Under the pieces are notes generated by a model. That model made no database searches, was not told the DNA's origin, and was given only the letters and a program-made list of their open reading frames with translations. The translations under genes were made by a program, and so were the position numbers. Below are positions 19,865 through 29,028 of a stretch of DNA of 64,000 bases, piece after piece. The stretch's first letter is position 1. The number at the start of each line of letters is the position of its first letter. Location of the stretch: positions 149,602 to 213,601 of the IMG/VR virus record IMGVR_UViG_3300030419_004471; one strand, written 5' to 3'.

Positions 19865-20371
19865 TTAGTGTATTTGGATTCCATTCTCATATATTTCTTT
19901 AGTTTGTAGGTGAGCTGCTAATCTTGGGTCTTTACCTTTATTCTTCTTCTTAAATTGTTTTTTTAGTTTTGGTAAAAGTAAATTATAAACAGTATCTCCA
20001 TCCAATTTCCATATCTCTGCTATTGGATTGCTTGGGTCTGTAGTAAATCTAGCAATATAATGGTTTTTATATTTTTTAATTTTTTCTTTTTTTAAATAAT
20101 CATTTTGTTCTTTCCAAGTATTAAATACGGAAATTCCAGAATATGCAGCTTTTATTTTATCAGCTGTTGTTGATTTATATTCACAATCTCCATCGGAGTC
20201 TATCCCATCAGCTCCACTCAATGTTTCCGCCACTTTATGACCAAGTTTAATTGCTATCAAAATCTCTCTACTTCGTGCATAAGAAAATGGGTCTCCCCAA
20301 TTTCCTTCTTTACAAGCCTCCATCATAAGATTCCAAGCTTTTGAATATTTTTGTTCTGGTGTTATACGCAT
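19865..20371 (-). CDS. PvuII-like PD-(D/E)XK restriction-type endonuclease (putative)
   Basis: GADGIDSDGDCEYKS resembles the recalled PvuII catalytic segment GNDAVDNAGQEYELKS; similar size and C-terminus (ENGIQIH vs EHGTKIY). Confidence 0.6.
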   Translation of the reverse strand: MRITPEQKYSKAWNLMMEACKEGNWGDPFSYARSREILIAIKLGHKVAETLSGADGIDSDGDCEYKSTTADKIKAAYSGISVFNTWKEQNDYLKKEKIKKYKNHYIARFTTDPSNPIAEIWKLDGDTVYNLLLPKLKKQFKKKNKGKDPRLAAHLQTKEIYENGIQIH

Positions 20372-20390
20372 ATTTTAGGGTTTTATGTTA

Positions 20391-20422
20391 CTAATATACG
20401 AAATTATTTTGAATTATCCAAG
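20391..20422 (-). promoter_or_regulatory. Bacteroidota sigma70-type promoter (PvuII-like/GT/PolB operon)
   Basis: CTTG-N20-TATATTAG. Confidence 0.75.
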
Positions 20423-20446
20423 GAAAAAGTGAAGTTTTTTTCAGTT

Positions 20447-20842
20447 TTATGAAAATTTTATTACATCGAATACTCTTGTGTTGATTTTCTTAGTGCCTTC
20501 AACATTAGTTACTATGATTGAGTTTCTGAATTTATCCCAATCTACTGTAAAAGATTTATCAATTACACCATTATTCTCTTCTTTTATCAGTTCGTTTAAT
20601 GCGTTTATTGTGTACAATGTATTTGATTGTTTTTTTCTATGTACCAATATAGTATCAGATAATGGTTTATCTGGTTTATATTTAGTGTCTATATTATAAG
20701 TTACGAACAACTCTTCTAAATCTGATTTATTTTGAAGAACATAAATGTAGTTATAAACTATATGGTATGTTTCTCTGATGTCTTGAAGTGTTGTTTGTAA
20801 CCTCTCTTTTGTTGTAAAAGTACACAATAGTTGAGTTTTCAT
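20447..20842 (-). CDS. hypothetical phage protein
   Basis: LLCTFT...LVHRKK.SNTLYTINALN; preceded by a late-type motif at 20870. Confidence 0.7.
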   Translation of the reverse strand: MKTQLLCTFTTKERLQTTLQDIRETYHIVYNYIYVLQNKSDLEELFVTYNIDTKYKPDKPLSDTILVHRKKQSNTLYTINALNELIKEENNGVIDKSFTVDWDKFRNSIIVTNVEGTKKINTRVFDVIKFS

Positions 20843-20899
20843 AAATCTTTCTTCCGATTTTTATACACCTATAAGTATTAATCGCAAAAAGATTAATTA

Positions 20900-22924
20900 T
20901 TATGATGGTTTCTTATCACCTGATTTCAAACATTTCTGTAAAGATGGATGATAATTGTATACTGTTGATAGTTTACCTAAGATTCCTGTCTTAGAACGTT
21001 GTTTCTTTTCACCAATTGGATATCTATCACCACCTTCTGTTACTGCATATATTATTTTAGAAGCACCTGTTATTGCTGTTCCACCTCTTTGAGTCTGTTC
21101 AGATTCTTCACTTACTTCAAAGTTTTTAATCATTTGATTTTTATTTTCAAATGGTAGACAGTTTGATAATGATTTTTTATCTACTTTTACACCACCACTT
21201 TCTTGATAAAATGCGTCTTGGTCTTGGAAAACACCTTCACCACCAAACATCATACCTAAGTGAAGTTTTTCTGCAACTGATTCTGCTTCTAATACAGTAC
21301 CCATACCCATTTCTTTACCATCCACCATCACTTTAGTTTCGTTCAACTTTTTAATAGTATCTAAATCTGTACCAATTGTTGCTTTTCTAATTTTACCAAT
21401 TTCTGCACCAATTCGAGGACCACCTGTTGCATTTGATAAATCTGCTACAATTCTTTGTTCATCCTTTGTTAAATCATTTGGGTTTTTATTAGCGTAGTTT
21501 ACAAATCCCTTCATAATCTGTTCATCTGTTGGTGGGGTATCCGAACCATCAGGTAAATATTCAGTTTTCTTTGAAATCTTTTTTTCCATCGCTTTCCAAT
21601 ATTTTAAAGGGTCTTTTCCTTTTGATAATGTTTTTGAAAGTTCCACTAACTCACTTGTATTAACACTATCTAAATGTTTTCCAGGTCCTGAAGTTACAGT
21701 ATTTAGTTTTTCTTCCAATTCTGAATATTTCTTTTCTTGGTCATCCATTATCGTTTTAGCAATCTCACCTTGTTTTTTATCTAGTGTACCCTTTGATACT
21801 AAATTATCTACTTCTTTCTTTTTTAAAGTAAATTCTGCTTTTAATGATGATTGTGCTACTAAGGCGTTAACATTATCTTTATCAGAATAAAAAGTCATAT
21901 GTAAATCACCTGTATCTTCATTGGTAACGAATATTGCTGTATCCGATGGATTTGCTCCACCACCACCACTTTTGATTATATCAATTGCTTCTTCTTTACT
22001 AACTTCTGTATTTCCTAAAAATACTTTACCTGTTACACCATTTACCATATTTTCTTGGGCTTTTAAACCTTTTGAATCTCCGAAAAATGGTTCTGCTTTA
22101 GCATTTGTGATATTATTTTTGCTAAGAATATTTTGTCTAACGTGGTCATTTTTACTTTGTGCTGCTCGAGTAGCGATTATTGCTTTACCAGCCTCACCTA
22201 TTGATATACCATATTTTTCTGCTATTGGGGCCGCTTCTTTTTTTGTTATACCTGTTGGTAGGTTATCACTTTTATTATCTTTTCCTAAACCACTTCCTTT
22301 TAATTGGTTACAAGTATTCTCTAAAACGGAATCATAATTAAATTCTTTTCCCGAGTTTATTGAGTCTGTTGCTCCTGTAGATGAAAATATCTCATTTAAC
22401 ATTGAACCTGCTGAACCTGGCGCACCTTTTTCAAATCCCGTTTCAATAAATTTATCCATTGATGCTCTATTATCTTCTGATGAAAAAGTATCTGATTCTT
22501 CACTCGGTTTATCAGTTTTTTCTTTTTCCTTCTCTATCTTTTTCTTTATATCAGGTGCATGAGCAAAATCACCTTTACCACTTATAGCAGTTTTTGGTTT
22601 TTCTTCTGTTGATTGTGCATCTGTATCTATTGGTGTATATTTTCCACCATCATCTTTTTTAAAGGTTTGTGCATCTTTTTTATCCTTATCACCTATCTTA
22701 ACATAAACACCTTTTCCTTTATGATGGTATTTCTCATCTTCCTTTTCATCTTCCTTTAATAAGTTTTTGATTAGTTCGTATTTGACATCAGTCAATCCCA
22801 TTTCAGTAAGAACCTCACTCAAAATACTAATATGAGCAGGTTTACTAAAATTAGGATATCCTTCATCTGAACGATAGGATATTTCTAATAGTATATCTTT
22901 TATAATGTCATCTTTATTCACCAC
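20900..22924 (-). CDS. large hypothetical protein, possibly virion-packaged
   Basis: 674-aa ORF; N-terminus rich in LxE sites, then a K/D/E-rich linker; late-type motif abuts the start. Confidence 0.7.
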   Translation of the reverse strand: MVNKDDIIKDILLEISYRSDEGYPNFSKPAHISILSEVLTEMGLTDVKYELIKNLLKEDEKEDEKYHHKGKGVYVKIGDKDKKDAQTFKKDDGGKYTPIDTDAQSTEEKPKTAISGKGDFAHAPDIKKKIEKEKEKTDKPSEESDTFSSEDNRASMDKFIETGFEKGAPGSAGSMLNEIFSSTGATDSINSGKEFNYDSVLENTCNQLKGSGLGKDNKSDNLPTGITKKEAAPIAEKYGISIGEAGKAIIATRAAQSKNDHVRQNILSKNNITNAKAEPFFGDSKGLKAQENMVNGVTGKVFLGNTEVSKEEAIDIIKSGGGGANPSDTAIFVTNEDTGDLHMTFYSDKDNVNALVAQSSLKAEFTLKKKEVDNLVSKGTLDKKQGEIAKTIMDDQEKKYSELEEKLNTVTSGPGKHLDSVNTSELVELSKTLSKGKDPLKYWKAMEKKISKKTEYLPDGSDTPPTDEQIMKGFVNYANKNPNDLTKDEQRIVADLSNATGGPRIGAEIGKIRKATIGTDLDTIKKLNETKVMVDGKEMGMGTVLEAESVAEKLHLGMMFGGEGVFQDQDAFYQESGGVKVDKKSLSNCLPFENKNQMIKNFEVSEESEQTQRGGTAITGASKIIYAVTEGGDRYPIGEKKQRSKTGILGKLSTVYNYHPSLQKCLKSGDKKPS

Positions 22925-22936
22925 CTATAAATATCC

Positions 22937-23569
22937 TTATATAATAGTTTTACTTCTTCTATTAACCTGACATTGGATTTCGTAATCACTCCAATGTTTT
23001 GTTGGTACTGAATTTGGAAAGTAAAAACATTCTTTTCTACCATCTGGGAATGTTATATGTTTCCAATAACCATTTGGTACATGCCCACCAGTTGGTAATA
23101 TTAAATGGTCTTTTTCAAAATGTAAAACAATTCTTACTTTTAAAGTACCATATTTTTTAGCCCATTCTCTTTCTTGAGCTTCCAACTCTCTCCACGCACC
23201 TCTATTTAACTTATCAAATTGTAGAGAACAATTTAAATAAGAAAATGTAGTTTTTAAATTTTCTTTAGTGTCGGTAAAAGCAGCGGCTGGTGCCATATGA
23301 CCTTTATCCCACACATTATTTTTATAATCATCATTATCTGATGTATAAACTCCTTTAGGAACATAAAAATCCATACTACCTCTATCGAATTTTTTAACAA
23401 TATTCCTAACTTCATACTCAACCCAATTTGGTTGTTCTAATGTTTCATTGTAAGAAACTTTAAATACATCATTCTCAATTCTTACATCTGTTCTGTTTTG
23501 TCCAAAGCTACTAAGGAAAACTCCTACGCATAATAGTAGGGATAAGCTTAATTTCAATTTGTATTTCAT
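22937..23569 (-). CDS. secreted DNA/RNA non-specific endonuclease (NucA/Serratia type)
   Basis: N-terminal signal peptide (MKYKLKLSLSLLLCVGVFLSSFG); DKGHMAP, NRGAWRELE, VPNGYWK. Confidence 0.9.
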   Translation of the reverse strand: MKYKLKLSLSLLLCVGVFLSSFGQNRTDVRIENDVFKVSYNETLEQPNWVEYEVRNIVKKFDRGSMDFYVPKGVYTSDNDDYKNNVWDKGHMAPAAAFTDTKENLKTTFSYLNCSLQFDKLNRGAWRELEAQEREWAKKYGTLKVRIVLHFEKDHLILPTGGHVPNGYWKHITFPDGRKECFYFPNSVPTKHWSDYEIQCQVNRRSKTII

Positions 23570-23618
23570 AATCTATCTTTACTTGTAATCACTTCTAATA
23601 TATAAATATTAGATTTAT

Positions 23619-24857
23619 CTAAATAAGTTTTATTTTTGGCTTTTCAGGTTCTTTACTATCTAATTCTTCACCATCTAATAAATGGTATAAATTTGAATGT
23701 ACAAAGGGTATTGGGTCTGAATCACCTCTCGGGTTTTGCTTGGTTCTTCGTACTAATTTTTTAAGTTGTTCTATAAGTATAGGATATTTTGGATGTGTAG
23801 ATACACACACATTTCTATCATTATACCATTCCTCTGTATGCACTCTCCAATCTTGAATCGCTCTAAACATTATATGATAATCTGTAAAAGAATCTTTGAA
23901 TATATCTTCTATCATATCAACGAAATCTATCATTTGTTCTACATTATGGTCTTGTACAACAAAAGAGAAGGTACAATTTAATATTGGTTCATCTATAGTA
24001 GCTATAAATTTTAAATTCTCCATTAATACATCCCATCTACCATTTAATCTTACTTTATTTTCATAAGTTTCTTTTTCTGCCGCATCTATTGATATTTCTA
24101 TACCTTCAATAATTGGATGTACATTAGATATGGAGTTCCACATCTTTTCAGTAAGCATATTACCATTTGTAACTATAAAAAGATTTTTAAGTTTTGGATA
24201 TTTCTTTATGTCTAAATTTTGTAACCATTTTCTAAATACATTAGAATAAAATGGGTCACCACTACCTGTACATATTATTTTTTCTACTCCTTCACTAAAC
24301 TGAGTATCGAATGAATTCATTATACTTTCTGCGTTAGGATTATGAGCATTTGTATTTAAATGTATTCTACAAGATGGACATTTAAGATTACAACTAGCAT
24401 CGAAATTTAAATAAACTTGGTCTGGTAATTTTTGATGTTGAATATATTCAAATTCTTTTAAAGAATAGTTTTTTCCAGTATGAGGGTCAATGAATTTAGC
24501 CTTAAATTCCTTTTCTGGTAATGAACTATGTTCATTTACCCAAGGACACATCATAGAACAATACTTATAATCTCCTTCAGATATTGCTTCTCTTAATTTA
24601 GTATGAAATTTATTATTCCAATTTTTAGAAAGGTCATTTATATCTTCTATTTCTGATACATCGTGAGCTGATAATTGTCTAGGGAAATTTTTTTTATCCT
24701 TATGTCTTGATAATAGTTCGGCTTCAAATTCTTTTTTAAGAGTATCTTGGTCGAACCATTCTGGACAACAAGGGGATGTTGAGGTGTTAAATATCTGTAA
24801 CTCCCTGAATGGGGCTGGACATCTAAAATCTTTTAATCTTTTTAGATTCTTCTTCAT
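23619..24857 (-). CDS. radical SAM enzyme with an extra N-terminal Cys cluster
   Basis: CNLKCPSC (CxxxCxxC), GSGDPF, TNG, ISIDAA; N-terminal CPAP...PCC...CSMMC. Confidence 0.9.
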   Translation of the reverse strand: MKKNLKRLKDFRCPAPFRELQIFNTSTSPCCPEWFDQDTLKKEFEAELLSRHKDKKNFPRQLSAHDVSEIEDINDLSKNWNNKFHTKLREAISEGDYKYCSMMCPWVNEHSSLPEKEFKAKFIDPHTGKNYSLKEFEYIQHQKLPDQVYLNFDASCNLKCPSCRIHLNTNAHNPNAESIMNSFDTQFSEGVEKIICTGSGDPFYSNVFRKWLQNLDIKKYPKLKNLFIVTNGNMLTEKMWNSISNVHPIIEGIEISIDAAEKETYENKVRLNGRWDVLMENLKFIATIDEPILNCTFSFVVQDHNVEQMIDFVDMIEDIFKDSFTDYHIMFRAIQDWRVHTEEWYNDRNVCVSTHPKYPILIEQLKKLVRRTKQNPRGDSDPIPFVHSNLYHLLDGEELDSKEPEKPKIKLI

Positions 24858-24869
24858 ATACTATATATA

Positions 24870-25943
24870 TTATACCTTCGAATAATCTTTTATTACCATC
24901 GCACCATTTATATATGTAAAATCTTCAAACATTTTTTGAAGTTCATAATTAGAAAACTTTTTATGTAATCCGTTATGACATTCATTACATAGAATTTGTA
25001 TATCATTTTCTTCTTCAAACCCCATTCTTTTATAGGTATTATGATGGGCATGATATTCCGATTCTTTTTTTGATGCATCTCCACACATCTGACACTTACA
25101 TCCTCTTTTTTTAAGTAGATATTTTCTTTTTCTTTTCCAACAACCAGAACCTATGTAGAGAGAATGTTGATTCTCAAATTGCACTTCTGATAAATTAAAT
25201 TTTTCAGAAAAGGGATTCTTCACATCTTCCTTTAATGATAAATCACCATTTAATATTAGATATATTAAATCTCTATTTTGTCGTATTACTCTCAAAGAAC
25301 TATTATCATAAATTGGTGATAAAGCTTTCTGAATAATATTCAAATGTTTATCATTTAAAATACCACCATAGGTTATTGATGAAGAAATCATAGTTCTGGA
25401 CTGAGAGTTGATTTGTTTCCAAACTTTTTTATTTTGTTTAATTTGAATTAACATATTAATCATCTCTTCGTTAAGATAATATTTATAATTTACTTCTGTT
25501 TTTGGAATTTTTCTAACATATGGTTTTGTTTCAAGTGATGTTACTTTGGGTTTTTTAATTCTTGTTATTTTTGTGGGTTTTATTTCTTTAACTTTAGCGT
25601 AAAAGAATCGTGGATTCGATTCATCTAATATATCCATTATACCCTTTATCTTAACTGCTTTTTGAATTGGTTTAAGATGTTTTGAGTTTAGAATTCCTTT
25701 TCTTCTAATAGATTGAGTAATTAATCCTTTTGTATTTGGGTTAACTTTTTTATAATCTTTAGATTGTTTAAATAACTTTAAAAATTCTATTTGTCCAGGG
25801 TTCAATGGATACATTACCCTACCCCTCGACTTTTTCTTTTTCTTTCTTTTGGGTTTTGATTTAGTATTTTTAGTGCGTTTTTTAGAAGGTAGAGTAAGTT
25901 CTCCACTTTTATATTTTTTAAATATAATATCCATTTCACTCAT
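24870..25943 (-). CDS. HNH endonuclease with a duplicated basic N-terminal domain
   Basis: C-terminal CQMCG...HAHH...LCNECHNGLH. Confidence 0.8.
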   Translation of the reverse strand: MSEMDIIFKKYKSGELTLPSKKRTKNTKSKPKRKKKKKSRGRVMYPLNPGQIEFLKLFKQSKDYKKVNPNTKGLITQSIRRKGILNSKHLKPIQKAVKIKGIMDILDESNPRFFYAKVKEIKPTKITRIKKPKVTSLETKPYVRKIPKTEVNYKYYLNEEMINMLIQIKQNKKVWKQINSQSRTMISSSITYGGILNDKHLNIIQKALSPIYDNSSLRVIRQNRDLIYLILNGDLSLKEDVKNPFSEKFNLSEVQFENQHSLYIGSGCWKRKRKYLLKKRGCKCQMCGDASKKESEYHAHHNTYKRMGFEEENDIQILCNECHNGLHKKFSNYELQKMFEDFTYINGAMVIKDYSKV

Positions 25944-25946
25944 ACC

Positions 25947-27224
25947 TTAAACTTTCGAATAATCTTTACCAAAGCTCATTCTAGTCGGAAATCCAAAACT
26001 TTCAATAGTTGATTGAACATCCATTAACCATTGAACATCTTTTGGAGCTTCTTCCGCAAGTTCAAATAAGAATGAATCATATGTATATAAAATCGGTAAG
26101 GGTAAACTCTTTTCCTTCAGCTTTTTCATAACCTCAATATTAAATTCAGTTTCAGTCGCTTGAAGTAGATAATTGAAGTACTTTTGTCCAGTCGGTTGTT
26201 CTATCCAACCTATAGGTATTCTTCTACCTTTTGGGGTTTTGATATAACCATTCTTTATAGCTTCTTCTTGCATCTTTCTAATAAATCTATCAACTTTATC
26301 AAAGAATGGGATTTTTCTATCTTCATCAGTTACACCACCATAAAGTATTTTAAATGTTCTTCCTTTTGAATCATCATAGGAACATCCATATTGGTCTGCT
26401 AACCATTGGTGAACGGATGTATCGGGTAATTTATACTTAATCATTTTAGCAATAATCCTAACGTGATATGCATCATAATCGAATTGTACAAACTTTTTAC
26501 CTTTTGGGGGAATGAATATCTCTCTACTACCATCACTTTTATTAAGAGCTGAATAATTAATACCCAAATGCCTGTTGGATGGTCTGCTTGTTATTGTATA
26601 TGGATTGTATTCTGTAAATGTTCGAGAGAACCAAAGTGATTTCTTATTATCTGGCCATCTATCAAGAAATTTTTCCCTATCGACCTGAATCCCCTTTTGT
26701 TCGATTTCTGAAAGAATAGGTATCATAGTATCATCAATCCACGAATTTGTTGATGGAATTAGTAATTGTTGTCTTAATTCATCTAAAATATCCTTTATAA
26801 CCTCTATAAACTTCATTATAGGGATACTTTTACCTAAACTATCTCTTATACCCAAACGAGTGTAAAAGTTCGTTAAATCCTCTATTTTCTCTCCATAAGG
26901 ATATAGTTTGTTATTTTCAAAGAAAAGATTTGATTGTATATCCTTAGTATTCTTTATATTTAACTTAGTTTGTAGTAGCCCTTTCTTATTCCATACCCAT
27001 TTTTCTTTTTTTGATTTTGATAAATCTATTTCTAATTTTTCACAATCATTATGATTAAATGGTAAAATAAAATGTAAATTTTCAAATGCTACATATAAAA
27101 AGGATATATCAGAAGTCATTGGATGACGCTCTAAATCCTCCCAAATAGGCATAATTAATGAAGTTTCATTATTCCAATATTCGAGAAATTGTTCTTTTTC
27201 ACTATGTGACTCAACAATAATCAT
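25947..27224 (-). CDS. short, divergent family A DNA polymerase
   Basis: Motif A FDYDAYHVR, motif B KGRTFKILYG, NYLLQATE, motif C YTYDSFLF. Confidence 0.8.
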   Translation of the reverse strand: MIIVESHSEKEQFLEYWNNETSLIMPIWEDLERHPMTSDISFLYVAFENLHFILPFNHNDCEKLEIDLSKSKKEKWVWNKKGLLQTKLNIKNTKDIQSNLFFENNKLYPYGEKIEDLTNFYTRLGIRDSLGKSIPIMKFIEVIKDILDELRQQLLIPSTNSWIDDTMIPILSEIEQKGIQVDREKFLDRWPDNKKSLWFSRTFTEYNPYTITSRPSNRHLGINYSALNKSDGSREIFIPPKGKKFVQFDYDAYHVRIIAKMIKYKLPDTSVHQWLADQYGCSYDDSKGRTFKILYGGVTDEDRKIPFFDKVDRFIRKMQEEAIKNGYIKTPKGRRIPIGWIEQPTGQKYFNYLLQATETEFNIEVMKKLKEKSLPLPILYTYDSFLFELAEEAPKDVQWLMDVQSTIESFGFPTRMSFGKDYSKV

Positions 27225-27228
27225 TGTA

Positions 27229-27260
27229 CAAATATACGAAAAATATTTTAATTTTCCAAA
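27229..27260 (-). promoter_or_regulatory. Bacteroidota sigma70-type promoter (family A polymerase)
   Basis: TTTG-N20-TATATTTG, ending 4 nt before the ATG. Confidence 0.85.
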
Positions 27261-27673
27261 TCTTTTTGAGATATTTTGATAAGTGGGAATATAATTCCAA
27301 CTGTTTTTCTCATTTTAGAATAATTGAAGAAGAATCTTATAGGATATTCTTTTAATGGTTTTACTGTTGCTATAGCAAATGGTTTAGTATCAGCGTGTCC
27401 ACCAATAATAATACCCCCACCTAAACTAAATTGTTCGAAATGATATTGTGAATTAACCATAACCTTTCCTTTGTTTAGATTTTCTATTGGAGTCATATAA
27501 GCAATCCCAACTGATACTATTGTATCATACCTTTGATTTAAAGATATTCCAATCATATCGTCTCCTACATTAAGTGCTCTTCCAGTCATAACTCCTACAG
27601 TTGTTTGTGCAAATGTAGTAGTTGATAGCAATAATAATAAAATTATTGCAATTATAATTTTAAAAGTTCTCAT
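27248..27673 (-). CDS. exported beta-rich protein (signal peptide)
   Basis: MRTFKIIIAIILLLLLSTTTFA signal peptide; alternating hydrophobic strands. Confidence 0.65.
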   Translation of the reverse strand: MRTFKIIIAIILLLLLSTTTFAQTTVGVMTGRALNVGDDMIGISLNQRYDTIVSVGIAYMTPIENLNKGKVMVNSQYHFEQFSLGGGIIIGGHADTKPFAIATVKPLKEYPIRFFFNYSKMRKTVGIIFPLIKISQKDLEN

Positions 27674-28569
27674 TTTATAAATGGTAATATTGATAATTCT
27701 TTTGCTTTAGATTCCACCATAACATCCACATCATTACCATAAGTATTTGGTAAAGTATCAATATAATCCGAATGTGCTTGTGGTTTAAGTTTTTCGTTAC
27801 CTTCGTGTAATGATTTAGATTCTGAATAGTGAACAATTGGTTTGATACCTTTAGGCCAAGTAGATATTGCTAACTCTAAAGCTTCTTGCTCTGATAAATC
27901 ACCTGTACAAAATTTGTGGTGATGATAATCAAATACAATAGGGATACCGATTCTTTCGTGTATGTACATCAAATCTTTTACTGAGTACATAGATGCTTTA
28001 TCATCGTTTTCTACAGTCAATCTAGTCTGAACTGATTCTGGTAATCTTTCGAAGTTTTTACAAAACCTATCCATAGCGGATATCTTATCACCATAAACAC
28101 CATTACAATGAATATTGATTTTGTTATAAGGTGAACGTTCTAAACCAATCATATCGAAAACTTCGCCATGTATCCGTAAATCAGTAATAGTTTTTTCTAC
28201 AACACTTTCTCGTGGTGAAACCAATACATTGAATGGACCTGGATGTGAAGTCAAACGTAATCCGTTGTTTTTTGCATAAAACCCACAACCAGCCAATAAT
28301 GTTTTGATTCTTAGGTATTGTGGTAAATCTTCAAATTTGTATTCAGATGCCCAAGGAAAGAACTCTGATGATATTCTGAAACATTTGATTCCATTCTTTA
28401 CATTCCATCTAAGTATCCTACCTAAATCAGCTGCGTTTAACATACCCAACTCACCAGCATAATCCAAACCTCTTTCTTTAAAGGTTCTTTTTATCATACT
28501 ACGATTAGTTGTTATTTTTGGTTTTTGACTAGATAAAGTCATATTGATGCAAGCGTATCCTAAATTCAT
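27670..28569 (-). CDS. uvsE: UV DNA damage repair endonuclease
   Basis: LGYACIN, FRISSEFFP, RLTSHP, VENDD, FDYHHH, QAHSD, DVMVESKAKE. Confidence 0.92.
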   Translation of the reverse strand: MNLGYACINMTLSSQKPKITTNRSMIKRTFKERGLDYAGELGMLNAADLGRILRWNVKNGIKCFRISSEFFPWASEYKFEDLPQYLRIKTLLAGCGFYAKNNGLRLTSHPGPFNVLVSPRESVVEKTITDLRIHGEVFDMIGLERSPYNKINIHCNGVYGDKISAMDRFCKNFERLPESVQTRLTVENDDKASMYSVKDLMYIHERIGIPIVFDYHHHKFCTGDLSEQEALELAISTWPKGIKPIVHYSESKSLHEGNEKLKPQAHSDYIDTLPNTYGNDVDVMVESKAKELSILPFIK

Positions 28570-28589
28570 ATATTATTATTTGTGTTATA

Positions 28590-28621
28590 CAAATATACGA
28601 AAAATTATTGAAATATCCAAG
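28590..28621 (-). promoter_or_regulatory. Bacteroidota sigma70-type promoter (uvsE)
   Basis: CTTG-N20-TATATTTG. Confidence 0.8.
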
Positions 28622-28638
28622 GAAAAAGTGAATTATTT

Positions 28639-29028
28639 TTAAAGTTTTTTAGAATATGTGTGAAGTGATTCATTTTGAATTTTAATCCAATCTTCTATAT
28701 TTACTTTAATACCCAATTCATTAGCGAATAGTAATCCTTTTTTCCAAGCGTTGATTTCGTTAATATATTGGTAGAATTTAAACTTTTTAGGTTCTTTATC
28801 CTCATCTATAGTTTTAAAATAATTATCTTTATCAGTTTGAAGAAAATGTCCTACTTCGTGTAAAAGAGAATATAATCCGTTTTTTTCTAAATTGTGATTA
28901 TGGTGAATAAATATCTTTTTATTCTTATGCCCCATAAAAGCAGTGATTTGTCCAAGTAATACATCGATTCCAAATTTCTCCTTGAGATAATCAGAAACTT
29001 TTTTAAATTGTTTAGGGTATTTTTTCAT
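28639..29028 (-). CDS. small zincin-like metallopeptidase (ImmA/IrrE-like)
   Basis: LLHEVGH (HExxH) and downstream EINAW. Confidence 0.65.
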   Translation of the reverse strand: MKKYPKQFKKVSDYLKEKFGIDVLLGQITAFMGHKNKKIFIHHNHNLEKNGLYSLLHEVGHFLQTDKDNYFKTIDEDKEPKKFKFYQYINEINAWKKGLLFANELGIKVNIEDWIKIQNESLHTYSKKL

